A stretch of DNA of 64,000 nt from Candidatus Binatia bacterium. Lineage in GTDB: Bacteria > Desulfobacterota > Binatia > UBA9968 > JAJDTQ01. A program made the translations under genes and the position numbers. The stretch is taken from assembly GCA_963666515.2 (NCBI GenBank), contig OY762897.2, positions 1,216,001-1,280,000 on the forward strand, read 5' to 3'. Shown here in pieces: positions 8,715 through 17,439 of the stretch (position 1 is the first letter of the stretch; each line of letters begins with the position of its first letter). The notes beneath the pieces are model-generated. The model did not search any database, was not told where the DNA came from, and saw only the letters and a list, made by a program, of their open reading frames with translations.

Positions 8715-9632
8715 CTATGCGTAGCGGCGGTCTCTGCGGCTGGTCCACGGCACCGGGCCGTTTCCCGCGGCGGCGTTCAAGAGCGCGCGCTTGGTGTTCA
8801 CCCGGACCATGGCCCTGCGGTACTCGGCGGACGAGCGCACGTCGCTGATGGGGCTGCACTCCTCCGAGGCCTTCCGGCCAGCTTCCGCCGCCAGTTCCTC
8901 GGTCAGTACCTGTCCCTGGAGCACGGCTTCCGCCTGAGGCGCCCGCATGGGAGTGGGGGAGACCGCACCCAAGGCGATGGCGATGCTTTCGCAACGCCTG
9001 TCGGCCTCGGCCAGCGTCAGGGTGACGGCTACTCCTATGTAGGCCAGGTCCATCATGTCCCGGGGTGAGAACTTGATGTATTCGCCCACCAAGCGCGGGT
9101 TCTGCGGCGGGATCGATATCTCGGTGAGAATCTCGCCGGTCTCCGCCACGGTCTGGCCGGGGCCGCGAAAATAGTCCTTGAGGTCGAGGACCCGTTCGCC
9201 GCCGGCGCCGGCCAGCTTCGCCCTGGCGTCCAGCGCCAGCAGGGGCGGGGCCACGTCAGCGGACGGGGTGGCGTTGGCCATGTTGCCGCCGATGGTGGCG
9301 CGGTTGCGGATCTGGATCGAGCCGACCTCCGCGGCGCTCTGGGCCAGGAACGGATAACGTCCGACGATGAGAGGGGAGATCTCGACCTCTCGCATGGTGG
9401 TCAGGGCGCCGATGGTGATGCCGCCGTCGTCCTCTTCGCGAATCCCCGACAGCGACGGGATGCGTTTGAGGTCCACCACGTACTTGGGCACCAGTCCCTT
9501 CTCCTTCATGGCGATGACGAGGTCGGTGCCGCCGGCCAGGAAGTGGCCTCCGGGTCCGCCGTCCAGCATGATCCGGGTGGCCTCCGCGAGGCTCGTGGGC
9601 TGATGAAACTCCAGGGGTTCAGTGCGCTTCAT
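8715..9632 (-). CDS. FAD-binding (medium) subunit, CoxM/CutM family
   Basis: LAGGTDL, QIRNRATIGGN, SPISDVRSSAEYR. Confidence 0.95.
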   Translation of the reverse strand: MKRTEPLEFHQPTSLAEATRIMLDGGPGGHFLAGGTDLVIAMKEKGLVPKYVVDLKRIPSLSGIREEDDGGITIGALTTMREVEISPLIVGRYPFLAQSAAEVGSIQIRNRATIGGNMANATPSADVAPPLLALDARAKLAGAGGERVLDLKDYFRGPGQTVAETGEILTEISIPPQNPRLVGEYIKFSPRDMMDLAYIGVAVTLTLAEADRRCESIAIALGAVSPTPMRAPQAEAVLQGQVLTEELAAEAGRKASEECSPISDVRSSAEYRRAMVRVNTKRALLNAAAGNGPVPWTSRRDRRYA

Positions 9633-9636
9633 GGCA

Positions 9637-11010
9637 TCAATCCGGCACCGGGTACACCATCTGTCCGATGGGCTCGCCCACGGGTTCGCCGTCCTGCATC
9701 TGCACGTGGCCCCGCACGATGGCCATCACGGGCATGCCCTTGACCTTCCAGCCGTGCCACGGCGAGGGGTTGTTCTTGCTGTGCAACTTGTGGATGTCGA
9801 TGGTGCCTTCCTTGTCCATGTCGACGATGGTCACGTCGCCGTCGGAACCCACTCGGAGCGCGCCCTTCTGGGGATAGATTTGCCATACTTTCGCTGGGTT
9901 TTCCGAGGCTACCCTCACGTAATGGTTGAGGCTCATGCGGCCCTTGTTGACCTCCGTGAGGATCAACGGGACGGCGGTCTCGACCCCGCAGAACCCGGAG
10001 ATGCAGTCCCAGATGGCGGGCTTCAGCATGTTGCCGTCGGTGTCCGCGCCCTTCTCCTCCAGGGTGTGGGGCGAGTGGTCGGTGGCGATCATGTCCACGT
10101 AGCCGTTGAGCAGGCCGTCCCACAACACCTCGCCGTGGTCCCGGGTGCGCACCGGCGGGTTCATCTTGAGCAGCGGCCCCACCTTCTCCATGTCCTTGGG
10201 CTCCCGCAAGAGGTAGTGGGGGCCGGTCTCGGCGGTGATCCGGAGCCCGCGCGCTTTGGCGTCGCGGACCATGCCGGCGGCCTGCTTGGAGCTCATGTGC
10301 AGCACGTGCATCTTGGTGCCGAAGGTCTCGGCGAAGAAGATGGCGTGGTGCACCGATTCCGCCTCGCAGATGGCCGGGCGGGTGGACTCCCAGTTCACGG
10401 GGGCGGTCTTGCCCTCCTCCTTGATGCGGTTCAGGTGGTGGTACATGATCTGCCGGTTCTCGGCGTGGATGCACAGCGGCAGCCGGGACTCGGTGATGTT
10501 CTGGAACACGTCCTGACAAACGCCGTCGTCCGGGAAGGGCAGGTTGCCGATGGTCTCGCCGAAGAAGATCTTGTAGCCCACCGCTCCGACCCGGGCCATG
10601 GGTAGGATCTGGTCGGCGTTGGTCTGCACCACCACCCCCAGCAGCGCGAAATCCAGCAGCGATTTCTCCTCGGCCAGCTTCTTCTTCTCCTCCACCTGCT
10701 CGGGATGGGTCACCGGCGGGATCGTGTTGGGCATGTCCACCACGCAGGTGATGCCCCCCGCGACGGCGGAGCGGGAGCCGGTGCCGAAGTCCTCCTTGTG
10801 GGTCATGCCGGGCTCGCGGAAGTGGACGTGGCCGTCGATGAGGCCGGGAAGGATGTGCTTGCCCTTGGCGTCGATCTCCCGTGCGCCTTCCGGCAGCGAG
10901 TCGTCCGTGCCGATGGCCACGAATTTCCCGTCGTGGATGGCGACCCCGCCTTCGAACGTGTTGTCGGGCGTCACCACGGTGCCGTTCTTGATCACCATAT
11001 CTGCTTTCAT
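9637..11010 (-). CDS. Allantoinase/dihydroorotase-like cyclic amidohydrolase
   Basis: PGLIDGHVH, GGIT, DMPNT, putative carboxylated K in GYKIF, HAEN, LHMS, KMNPPVR, ATDHSPH. Confidence 0.92.
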   Translation of the reverse strand: MKADMVIKNGTVVTPDNTFEGGVAIHDGKFVAIGTDDSLPEGAREIDAKGKHILPGLIDGHVHFREPGMTHKEDFGTGSRSAVAGGITCVVDMPNTIPPVTHPEQVEEKKKLAEEKSLLDFALLGVVVQTNADQILPMARVGAVGYKIFFGETIGNLPFPDDGVCQDVFQNITESRLPLCIHAENRQIMYHHLNRIKEEGKTAPVNWESTRPAICEAESVHHAIFFAETFGTKMHVLHMSSKQAAGMVRDAKARGLRITAETGPHYLLREPKDMEKVGPLLKMNPPVRTRDHGEVLWDGLLNGYVDMIATDHSPHTLEEKGADTDGNMLKPAIWDCISGFCGVETAVPLILTEVNKGRMSLNHYVRVASENPAKVWQIYPQKGALRVGSDGDVTIVDMDKEGTIDIHKLHSKNNPSPWHGWKVKGMPVMAIVRGHVQMQDGEPVGEPIGQMVYPVPD

Positions 11011-11137
11011 GGATGCTCCCTTCGCGACGGAGGAACGGATGTCCGGCGGACATGACGGCCTGCAGAGCAACGCGCCGGGCGTGCCCGCGGACAGGTTGTT
11101 TGTTAGGAAAAAACCGCCGTTAAATCAACCCTGACCG

Positions 11138-11163
11138 CGCGGGTTTCAAGTTGAAATCCCGCG
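11138..11163. promoter_or_regulatory. Inverted repeat (candidate operator) between divergent genes
   Basis: CGCGGGTTTCAA-G-TTGAAATCCCGCG, near-perfect dyad. Confidence 0.45.
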
Positions 11164-11270
11164 ACTTGTGTGCAATAGGTGGCTCATTCCAGTTCCGGGC
11201 CGGGTGCCTGCGGTGCACGGCCCGGTCCCTCGATCAGCCTTGGCGGCGCGGTCCGCGACGGAGGTTGCCG

Positions 11271-12419
11271 GTGAACGACGACAGAGTCATGGTCGATATC
11301 AGGAGCCTCGAGAAATACTTCGGGGAAGGCTCCGAAAGGGTCCACGTCCTCAAGGGCGTTTCGCTCCAGATCCCCGAAGGCTCGCTCTACACCTTCCTGG
11401 GCCCCAGCGGCTGCGGCAAGACCACCACGCTGCGTTGCGTGGCCGGGCTGGAGCGGCCGGAGAGCGGCGTCATCGACATCGACGAGAGGGCGGTGTTCAA
11501 CTCCGCGGGGGGCGCCTACGTGCCGCCCAACCACCGGCCCATCGGCATGGTGTTCCAGTCCTACGCCATCTGGCCGCACATGACGGTGGCGGAGAACGTG
11601 GGCTATCCGCTCACCATCCAGCGCAGGCCCAAGGCCGAGATCCGCAGCCGGGTGGAGGACGTGCTCAAGATCGTGGGTCTGGCCGGGCTGGAAGAGCGGC
11701 CCGCGCCGAAGCTGTCGGGCGGACAGCAGCAGCGGGTGGCCTTCGCGCGGGCGCTGATCAACGAGCCCAAGGTCATGCTGCTGGACGAGCCGCTCAGCAA
11801 CCTCGACGCCAAGCTGCGCGAGCAGATGCGCTACGAGATCAAGGCGCTGCAGCGGCGCGTCAACATCACCACCATCTACGTCACCCACGACCAGGCCGAA
11901 GCGCTGGCCATCTCCGACCAGATCGCGGTCATGCACGGCGGCAAGCTCATCGAGGTGGGGGACCCCCACCAGCTCTACGCCAAGCCCAAGCGCAAGTTCA
12001 CCGCCACCTTCCTGGGGTTGACCAACCTCATCAACGGCAAGGTCGCGGAGGCGGGCGCCAACTCCCACCCCAGCCGGTTGGATACCGAGTTCGGCATGAT
12101 CACTTTCGCTCCCGCGGTGCCCATGGACCAGGGCACGGAGGCGGTGATCTCCATCCGTCCCGAGAACATCTCGGTGGCGTCGGAAGCGCCCGCGAGCATG
12201 GACAACGTGCTGCAGGGGACGCTGCATGACGCCGTCTTCATGGGCGACGCCTACCACTGCCAGGTCAAGGTGCGCGAGCAACTCATCCGTGTGCACACGC
12301 ACCCGGCCAACGCCGTGCCCGTGGGGACCAACGTCTACCTGACCCTCGACCCCGAAAGCTGCAACGGACTGCCCGCGGACGACACCGAGGGCATGGACGA
12401 CACCATGATGGGGGACTGA
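11271..12419 (+). CDS. ABC transporter ATP-binding protein (PotA/FbpC-like, TOBE domain)
   Basis: GPSGCGKTT, LSGGQQQR, LLDEPLSNLD, YVTHD; GGAGG before GTG 11271. Confidence 0.95.
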   Translation: MNDDRVMVDIRSLEKYFGEGSERVHVLKGVSLQIPEGSLYTFLGPSGCGKTTTLRCVAGLERPESGVIDIDERAVFNSAGGAYVPPNHRPIGMVFQSYAIWPHMTVAENVGYPLTIQRRPKAEIRSRVEDVLKIVGLAGLEERPAPKLSGGQQQRVAFARALINEPKVMLLDEPLSNLDAKLREQMRYEIKALQRRVNITTIYVTHDQAEALAISDQIAVMHGGKLIEVGDPHQLYAKPKRKFTATFLGLTNLINGKVAEAGANSHPSRLDTEFGMITFAPAVPMDQGTEAVISIRPENISVASEAPASMDNVLQGTLHDAVFMGDAYHCQVKVREQLIRVHTHPANAVPVGTNVYLTLDPESCNGLPADDTEGMDDTMMGD

Positions 12420-12512
12420 CCCGTACTGGCAATATTCGCCACGGGCCGGTATAAACAACGAGATATCCCATTGGACTGACGAGAGAATATCGAAGGAAGG
12501 AGCCGACATTCT

Positions 12513-14000
12513 ATGGCAGCAGTAGAGGCAACCAAAATCGCCGAGAAAGAGTTCAGGGGCGAGGGAACCCCCACCTACACCGATTTGCGGGAGTGGCTGG
12601 AGATCGTAGAAGCCTTCGGGCAGTTGAAGAAGGTCGACGGGGTCGACTGGAACCTGGAGATGGGAACCCTCTCCGAGCTGATCGCCCAGGGCAGCAGCGG
12701 ACCCGTCCCCGCCGTGCTCTACGACAAGATCAAGGACTACCCCGAGGGCTTCCGGGTGCTGTTCGCCCAGAACGCTTCGTTCAAGCGCATGGCGCTGGCG
12801 CTGGGCCTGCCCCTCGACTACACGGACCTGGACCTGGTGCGGGCGACCCGCACGAAGATCTCGCAGCATAACCCGATCCCGCACCGCGTGGTGGACACCG
12901 GGCCGGTGATGGAGAACGTCCTCAAGGGCGACGACATCAACCTGCTCAAGTTTCCGGTGCCGTTCGTCCACGAGCTGGACGGCGGACGCTACATCGGCAC
13001 GGGCTGCCTGGTGGTGACCAAGGACCCAGACGAGGGCTGGGTCAACTTCGGCACCTACCGCGGCATGGTGCAGGACGAGACGAGCATGAACGTCTACATC
13101 TCGCCCGGCAAGCACGGCCGCATCCAGCGGGACAAGTGGTTCGACCGGGGCGAGAAGTGTCCGGTCATCGTGTGCGTCGGACAGGACCCGGTGCTGTTCA
13201 TGGTGTCGGGCAACGAGGTGGACTACGGCGTGTCCGAGTACGACTACGCCGGCGGGCTCAAGGGGCACCCCATCGACGTCATCAACGGCGAGGTCACCGG
13301 CCTGCCGTTCCCGGCCCATGCCGAGATCGTCATCGAGGGCTTCATGGACCCCGAGGAGCGCGTCACCGAAGGGCCGTTCGGCGAGTGGACCGGCTACTAC
13401 GCCAGCAACAGCCGCCCCGAGCCGCTTATCCGGGTGCAGCGCATCTACCACCGCAACGACCCGATCCTCACCGCGGCCCGGCCCGGGCGTCCGCCTTCGG
13501 ACTACTCCATCGCCAAGTGCATGGTGAAGGCCGCGCTCATCTGGGACCAGGTGGAGAAGGCCGGTGTGCCCGACGTCAAGGGCGTGTGGTGCCACGAGGC
13601 GGGCGGCGGCCGTCTGCTGAACATCATCTCCATCAAGCAACGGTATCCGGGCCACGCGCGCCAGGCCGGCATGGTGGCCTCGCAGGTTCACGCGGGCGCC
13701 TACCTGGGCCGCTACGTCATCGTGGTGGACGACGACATCGACCCCACCAAGACCTTCGACGTGCTATGGGCCCTGGCCACCCGCTCCGACCCCGTGGACT
13801 CCATCGACATCCTGCGGCGCTGTTGGAGCGGCCCGCTCGACCCGCGCATCCAGCCGGGCAAGAAGGGCTTCAACTCCCGCGCCATCATCGACGCCACCCG
13901 CCCCTTCGAGTGGATGAAGGACTTCCCGCCCGTGGCCGAGTCGACACCCGAGCTGAAGCAGAAGGTGTTCGACAAGTGGCGCCACGTGATCGAGGCGTAG
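12513..14000 (+). CDS. UbiD-family prFMN-dependent (de)carboxylase
   Basis: DLREWL, DGGRYI, NFGTYR, EGPFGEWTGYY, VDDDIDP, WALATR. Confidence 0.95.
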   Translation: MAAVEATKIAEKEFRGEGTPTYTDLREWLEIVEAFGQLKKVDGVDWNLEMGTLSELIAQGSSGPVPAVLYDKIKDYPEGFRVLFAQNASFKRMALALGLPLDYTDLDLVRATRTKISQHNPIPHRVVDTGPVMENVLKGDDINLLKFPVPFVHELDGGRYIGTGCLVVTKDPDEGWVNFGTYRGMVQDETSMNVYISPGKHGRIQRDKWFDRGEKCPVIVCVGQDPVLFMVSGNEVDYGVSEYDYAGGLKGHPIDVINGEVTGLPFPAHAEIVIEGFMDPEERVTEGPFGEWTGYYASNSRPEPLIRVQRIYHRNDPILTAARPGRPPSDYSIAKCMVKAALIWDQVEKAGVPDVKGVWCHEAGGGRLLNIISIKQRYPGHARQAGMVASQVHAGAYLGRYVIVVDDDIDPTKTFDVLWALATRSDPVDSIDILRRCWSGPLDPRIQPGKKGFNSRAIIDATRPFEWMKDFPPVAESTPELKQKVFDKWRHVIEA

Positions 14001-14055
14001 GGCTTCGTTTCGAGGCTATGAAAAAGGGCCGGGGGCGTTACGCTCCCGGCCCTTT
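13798..14055 (+). repeat. Direct repeat copy 1 (ubiD 3' end plus terminator)
   Basis: Aligns to 15222-15480 with 11 substitutions and one 1-bp indel (manual count). Confidence 0.97.
14021..14055. terminator. Hairpin terminator, likely bidirectional, between ubiD and rpn
   Basis: AAAAAGGGCCGGGGGCG-TTA-CGCTCCCGGCCCTTT. Confidence 0.8.
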
Positions 14056-14066
14056 GCACATGGGGA

Positions 14067-14324
14067 TTATTGGTCATCGGTTGCCGCCAAGCGCTCCTTG
14101 AGGTCTTGGAAAGAGGCTTCGTTCAGGCCAGTGGCAGCCTCGATTACATCCCACTTCACACCCACCTGCAACAGGCTTTCGACTGTATTCACGCGCCCTT
14201 TGGCTTCGCCCCTCGCTTCACCCTCGGCGCGGCCTTCTTCCCTGCCCTTCGCCTCACCTTGGGCTCTGCCTTGTTCCCTGCCTAGTTCCCTGCCTTGTTC
14301 AATGAGTTGCTGGGCGTAGGACAT
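14067..14324 (-). CDS. Predicted intragenic small antitoxin RpnS (85 aa, in frame with rpn)
   Basis: GAAGGAGGAATC-ATG inside rpn directly before MSYAQQLIEQG. Confidence 0.7.
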   Translation of the reverse strand: MSYAQQLIEQGRELGREQGRAQGEAKGREEGRAEGEARGEAKGRVNTVESLLQVGVKWDVIEAATGLNEASFQDLKERLAATDDQ

Positions 14325-15065
14325 GATTCCTCCTTCGGGGCTTCCGCCGAGCCGCTGCCAGTGGTCCTGCAGGAGCTGGATCTCCTTGTCGTCCTGGGTG
14401 TTCAACAGGTAGTGGCCGACCGTGCCAGCATATTCCCCTTCGCCCGCGCTACGCAACTCCAACAACAACTGCGCCACCATCTCGATGGCCGCATGGAGTT
14501 CCTGCCGGCACGCCGCCATCATGGCCAGCCGCGCAATCCGTCCCTTCAGGTCCCCGCCCACATCTCCGGGTCCGAGCCGGGTCTGGTCCAGCATGTAGTG
14601 CTCGAAGCGCACCATCCACGGCAGGCGGCGCTGGGGTTCCGGGAACAGGTCGTCGAACCGTGTGGAGTGGTTCCAGTGGCTGGCCCCCTGGTAGAACACC
14701 ACCGGCACGATGGGGTGCAACATGCCCTGCGGCGTCTCCCGCAGTTGCGCATCCCAGATGCCCATGCAGTACTTGAGCATCCGGAACGGCATCAGCCGGT
14801 CCGGAGTGGACTGGTGTTCGAGCAGCACGTAGATCCATAGCGGATCGTGGGAGGCGCCGAAGGCCGCCTTGAACAGCAGGTCGGCTTCGCTTCTGCGCAA
14901 CTCGTCATCCACGAACGACGCATCGACGGACGCCAGGGTGTTCCAGTCGATGCGGTCCCGAAACTCCGCTGGCAGGACCGGGCACAGCAGGCCCGCCGCT
15001 TCCCTCGGGTCGGCGAAGGTCTTGCGGAACAGGTTGTCATTCGGGTGAACCAGTTCGTCCGCCAC
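14067..15065 (-). CDS. Rpn-family recombination-promoting nuclease / YhgA-like PD-(D/E)XK protein
   Basis: HPNDNLFRKTF, SFVDDEL, EADLLF, YVLLEHQSTPD.LMPFRML.Y, PVVFYQG; EQGR/EAKG tetrapeptide repeats; GGAGG before GTG 15065. Confidence 0.93.
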   Translation of the reverse strand: MADELVHPNDNLFRKTFADPREAAGLLCPVLPAEFRDRIDWNTLASVDASFVDDELRRSEADLLFKAAFGASHDPLWIYVLLEHQSTPDRLMPFRMLKYCMGIWDAQLRETPQGMLHPIVPVVFYQGASHWNHSTRFDDLFPEPQRRLPWMVRFEHYMLDQTRLGPGDVGGDLKGRIARLAMMAACRQELHAAIEMVAQLLLELRSAGEGEYAGTVGHYLLNTQDDKEIQLLQDHWQRLGGSPEGGIMSYAQQLIEQGRELGREQGRAQGEAKGREEGRAEGEARGEAKGRVNTVESLLQVGVKWDVIEAATGLNEASFQDLKERLAATDDQ

Positions 15066-15221
15066 AGCGTCCTCCGGTTGCCTTGCGTCGGGGGTCAGCG
15101 GGAGTGGATGCCGTTGCGGTAATCCGCTCCCTTCTGTATACATCGGCGCTGTACGGAGAAACTTTAGTCCGGAGTTCCGTGGAACTTCGGTTTAGTGAAG
15201 TTGACCCGGAGGAAGATCGAC

Positions 15222-15480
15222 ACTCCATCGACATCCTGCGGCGCTGCTGGAGCGGCCCGCTCGACCCGCGCATCCGGCCGGGCCAGAAGGGCTTCAACTT
15301 CCGCGCTATCATCGACGCCACGCGCCCCTTTCGAGTGGATGAAGGACTTCTCGCCCGTGGCCGAGTCGACACCCGAGCTGAAGCAGAAGGTGTTCGACAA
15401 GTGGCGCCACGTGATCGAAGGGTAGGGCTTCGTTTCGAGGCTGTGAAAAAGGGCCGGGGGCATTACGCTCCCGGCCCTTT
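15222..15480 (+). pseudogene. Direct repeat copy 2: displaced, frameshifted ubiD 3' fragment plus terminator
   Basis: SIDILRRCWSGPLDPRI...then a +1 T frameshift...FDKWRHVIEG*. Confidence 0.95.
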
Positions 15481-15483
15481 CTT

Positions 15484-15690
15484 TCAGACTTTATAAAGTC
15501 CTTTGCGGCTCATTCCCGCATCGCGAGCCAGCCGGCTCACGTTCCCGACGGGGGCGATGTCGTTCAGGGCGGCACAAATAAGACTTCCGTCGCCGAGGTC
15601 TTCCTCGGCGCACGCCTCCAGGTAGAGGCGCGCGTCTTCTTCCGTGTGGAGGTCCTCCGTCACATCCCATTTCGTGAACGATTCGTTCAT
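15484..15690 (-). pseudogene. Addiction-module antidote protein (HI1420/HigA-like HTH), C-terminally truncated
   Basis: WDVTEDL.TEED..LYLEAC.EED.GDGSLI.AALNDIA...SRLARDAGMSRKGLYK; stops mid-HTH at the repeat boundary. Confidence 0.82.
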
Positions 15691-15760
15691 TTCTGCCTCC
15701 AGTCTTTCGCCAACTGTGCCGCGCGCTCGATGTCGCGTTTCTGGCTGGCCGCTTGGAGCC
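15687..15760 (-). pseudogene. 3' remnant of cognate addiction-module killer (RelE/HigB-like) toxin
   Basis: GSK../SQKRDIERAAQLAKDWRQK*, with stop overlapping the antitoxin start (ATGA). Confidence 0.7.
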
Positions 15761-15840
15761 AAAGCCAGTTTGATTTTTCTGTAATGTGCGGTAAAGTAAC
15801 AGGATTCTAGGAGCAAAACCACCGAGTAGCCGTGCCTGCC

Positions 15841-16011
15841 ATGACCAACGAAGTTCTTGATTTCGCCGCTTTGACCGTCGGTATCGCGATCCTGGCGTTC
15901 TTGTGGAATCTTCACAGGGACATCGCGAATCTATGCGAACGGATGGCACGTCTTGAGGGTCTGTTGGAGGGGTTCACCCAGAGTGGCAAGCCCCCGTCAA
16001 CCCAACCGTAA
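15841..16011 (+). CDS. 56-aa TM plus short coiled-coil protein (absent from ORF track)
   Basis: MTNEVLDFAALTVGIAILAFLWNLHRDIANLCERMARLEGLLEGFTQSGKPPSTQP*; possible TTGATT-16-TAAAGT promoter upstream. Confidence 0.72.
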   Translation: MTNEVLDFAALTVGIAILAFLWNLHRDIANLCERMARLEGLLEGFTQSGKPPSTQP

Positions 16012-16129
16012 AACACCCACGCATCGTGGTGCACTTCCTGGCAGCGCCCGCCATTCGCCCAGCGCCTCCGTGCCGCCAAGCTCAGCAATGAACCGGAAAG
16101 TCATCAGAGATGATGGGTCGCTTCGGAAA

Positions 16130-16999
16130 TCAGCCTTCTATAAGCGACCGAACAAGGGTTTGTGACCGACCAGCGATGAAGCGACTTTGTTGAACAGTGG
16201 ACATGTTGATCCGTTTGACTATGTGCTCTTTGCTTCGATCCAAAGGCCACAGAATTTCTCGGTCAGGATACGGCGTTGGCATTACAGCTACATCGGGAGA
16301 AACTGGAAGCCAACAGCCTCTTGCCTCGCCAGCATCGACTGTGGTGATTCCGCGGCTTCCGATCACAAAGCTCCTTTTCTGGTGATAAATTACGGCGATG
16401 AGTATACCTGTGTTACGGCAGAGTTGTTCAACATCCTCTCGTAGAATCTTATGATCACCGGTTGCAAACCGCGCTTTGTTGTTTTGCTTCACTGCGGCTT
16501 TTATCTTCATGATTTCTTGATTCCTATTGGACAATAAAGGTTTGGAGTCCATAGAGCCGGTGGAGGCGCACAACTGTTCAATTGCACTTGCCCAAGCGTA
16601 TTCAAATGGCTCGTCGCTCGACAAGTCTTTCATAATGAATTCCGGTGTTCTACGGCACATAGAAGCATAGAACTGCTTCCAGGAGTCCCGTTCGTCTAAT
16701 GAAAGACGAGGCGGCTCTCTTCTGCGCCCTCTCGTGACAATCTTCTCTATCACCGGAGCAGCAGCACTCTCGATTTTCTGAAGAAGCCTTTCGTTTCTAT
16801 CGTCCTTGATATCGATATCTTCCGGATCGTGATCGGTGTAGAGATCACGCTCCCTAAAAATTTTATTTGGACTAGTTGAGAAAGCAACTCTCGTATCCTT
16901 GTTGCCTGCCCATATGCGCCTCCCGTCGCAGAAATTCCGCAGAAGAAGCTGCGGAACATAGTGGTGGTTCCTGGACCTAGACAAAATCGGACCTCTCAA
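16130..16999 (-). CDS. DUF4238-domain protein
   Basis: N-terminal NHHYVPQLLLRNF, then IF.ERDLY, E..L..IES.AA, RTP, F(V)IG, PVSP; visibly lower GC than flanks. Confidence 0.8.
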   Translation of the reverse strand: MRGPILSRSRNHHYVPQLLLRNFCDGRRIWAGNKDTRVAFSTSPNKIFRERDLYTDHDPEDIDIKDDRNERLLQKIESAAAPVIEKIVTRGRRREPPRLSLDERDSWKQFYASMCRRTPEFIMKDLSSDEPFEYAWASAIEQLCASTGSMDSKPLLSNRNQEIMKIKAAVKQNNKARFATGDHKILREDVEQLCRNTGILIAVIYHQKRSFVIGSRGITTVDAGEARGCWLPVSPDVAVMPTPYPDREILWPLDRSKEHIVKRINMSTVQQSRFIAGRSQTLVRSLIEG

Positions 17000-17017
17000 C
17001 TACGTTACTCTGACTTG

Positions 17018-17226
17018 GGGATCGCCGACCACGATACCCTGAGCCAATCCGGTCTCTGGTGGGCATTTTCCACAACCCGAGCGCCAAGCATATGGATCGC
17101 TATCTGGAAGAATTGGAGTGGCGCTACAGCAACCGGAAAAATGCCCACATCTTCCGGGATACCCTGGCTCGGATCATGAATACCTAGCCACTGGAGTTCT
17201 GGGATCTGGTGGCTGATTCTCCTTGA
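17018..17226 (+). mobile_element. IS1595-family transposase relic (C-terminal part)
   Basis: GIADHDT then VGIFHNPSAKHMDRYLEELEWRYSNR; internal TAG at 17185. Confidence 0.75.
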
Positions 17227-17252
17227 CATTCCCGGCCTGCCTGTCCTAACCT
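17223..17252 (+). promoter_or_regulatory. Sigma70-like promoter for the lipoprotein gene
   Basis: TTGACA-18-TAACCT. Confidence 0.45.
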
Positions 17253-17439
17253 AGCTTCCCCGTCGCTACTATCACGCGGAGCCCGTGTGTCGGGTCATCC
17301 GCCGAATACAAGAACCCTCGCCGGTCATGGGATAGCTCCGTGCGCCTTGTTGAATACGCGGAACCATGACAATTCCGTTGTGGTAGTAGCACTGGCCCGG
17401 CAATCTCGCGGGCATGGCGCAGCAGGAAGAGGGAAGTCG

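Noticed and set aside
5832-9632. Aerobic CO dehydrogenase (coxMSL)
   Set aside because: Lacks the AYxCSFR loop and no cox accessory genes are present.
13798-15480. Diversity-generating retroelement TR/VR pair
   Set aside because: Differences are not adenine-specific (mostly transitions at all bases, plus an indel) and there is no reverse transcriptase in the window.
15484-15949. 143-aa and 152-aa minus-strand ORFs as real genes
   Set aside because: Chimeric read-throughs of the TA relic and the antisense of the 56-aa ORF.
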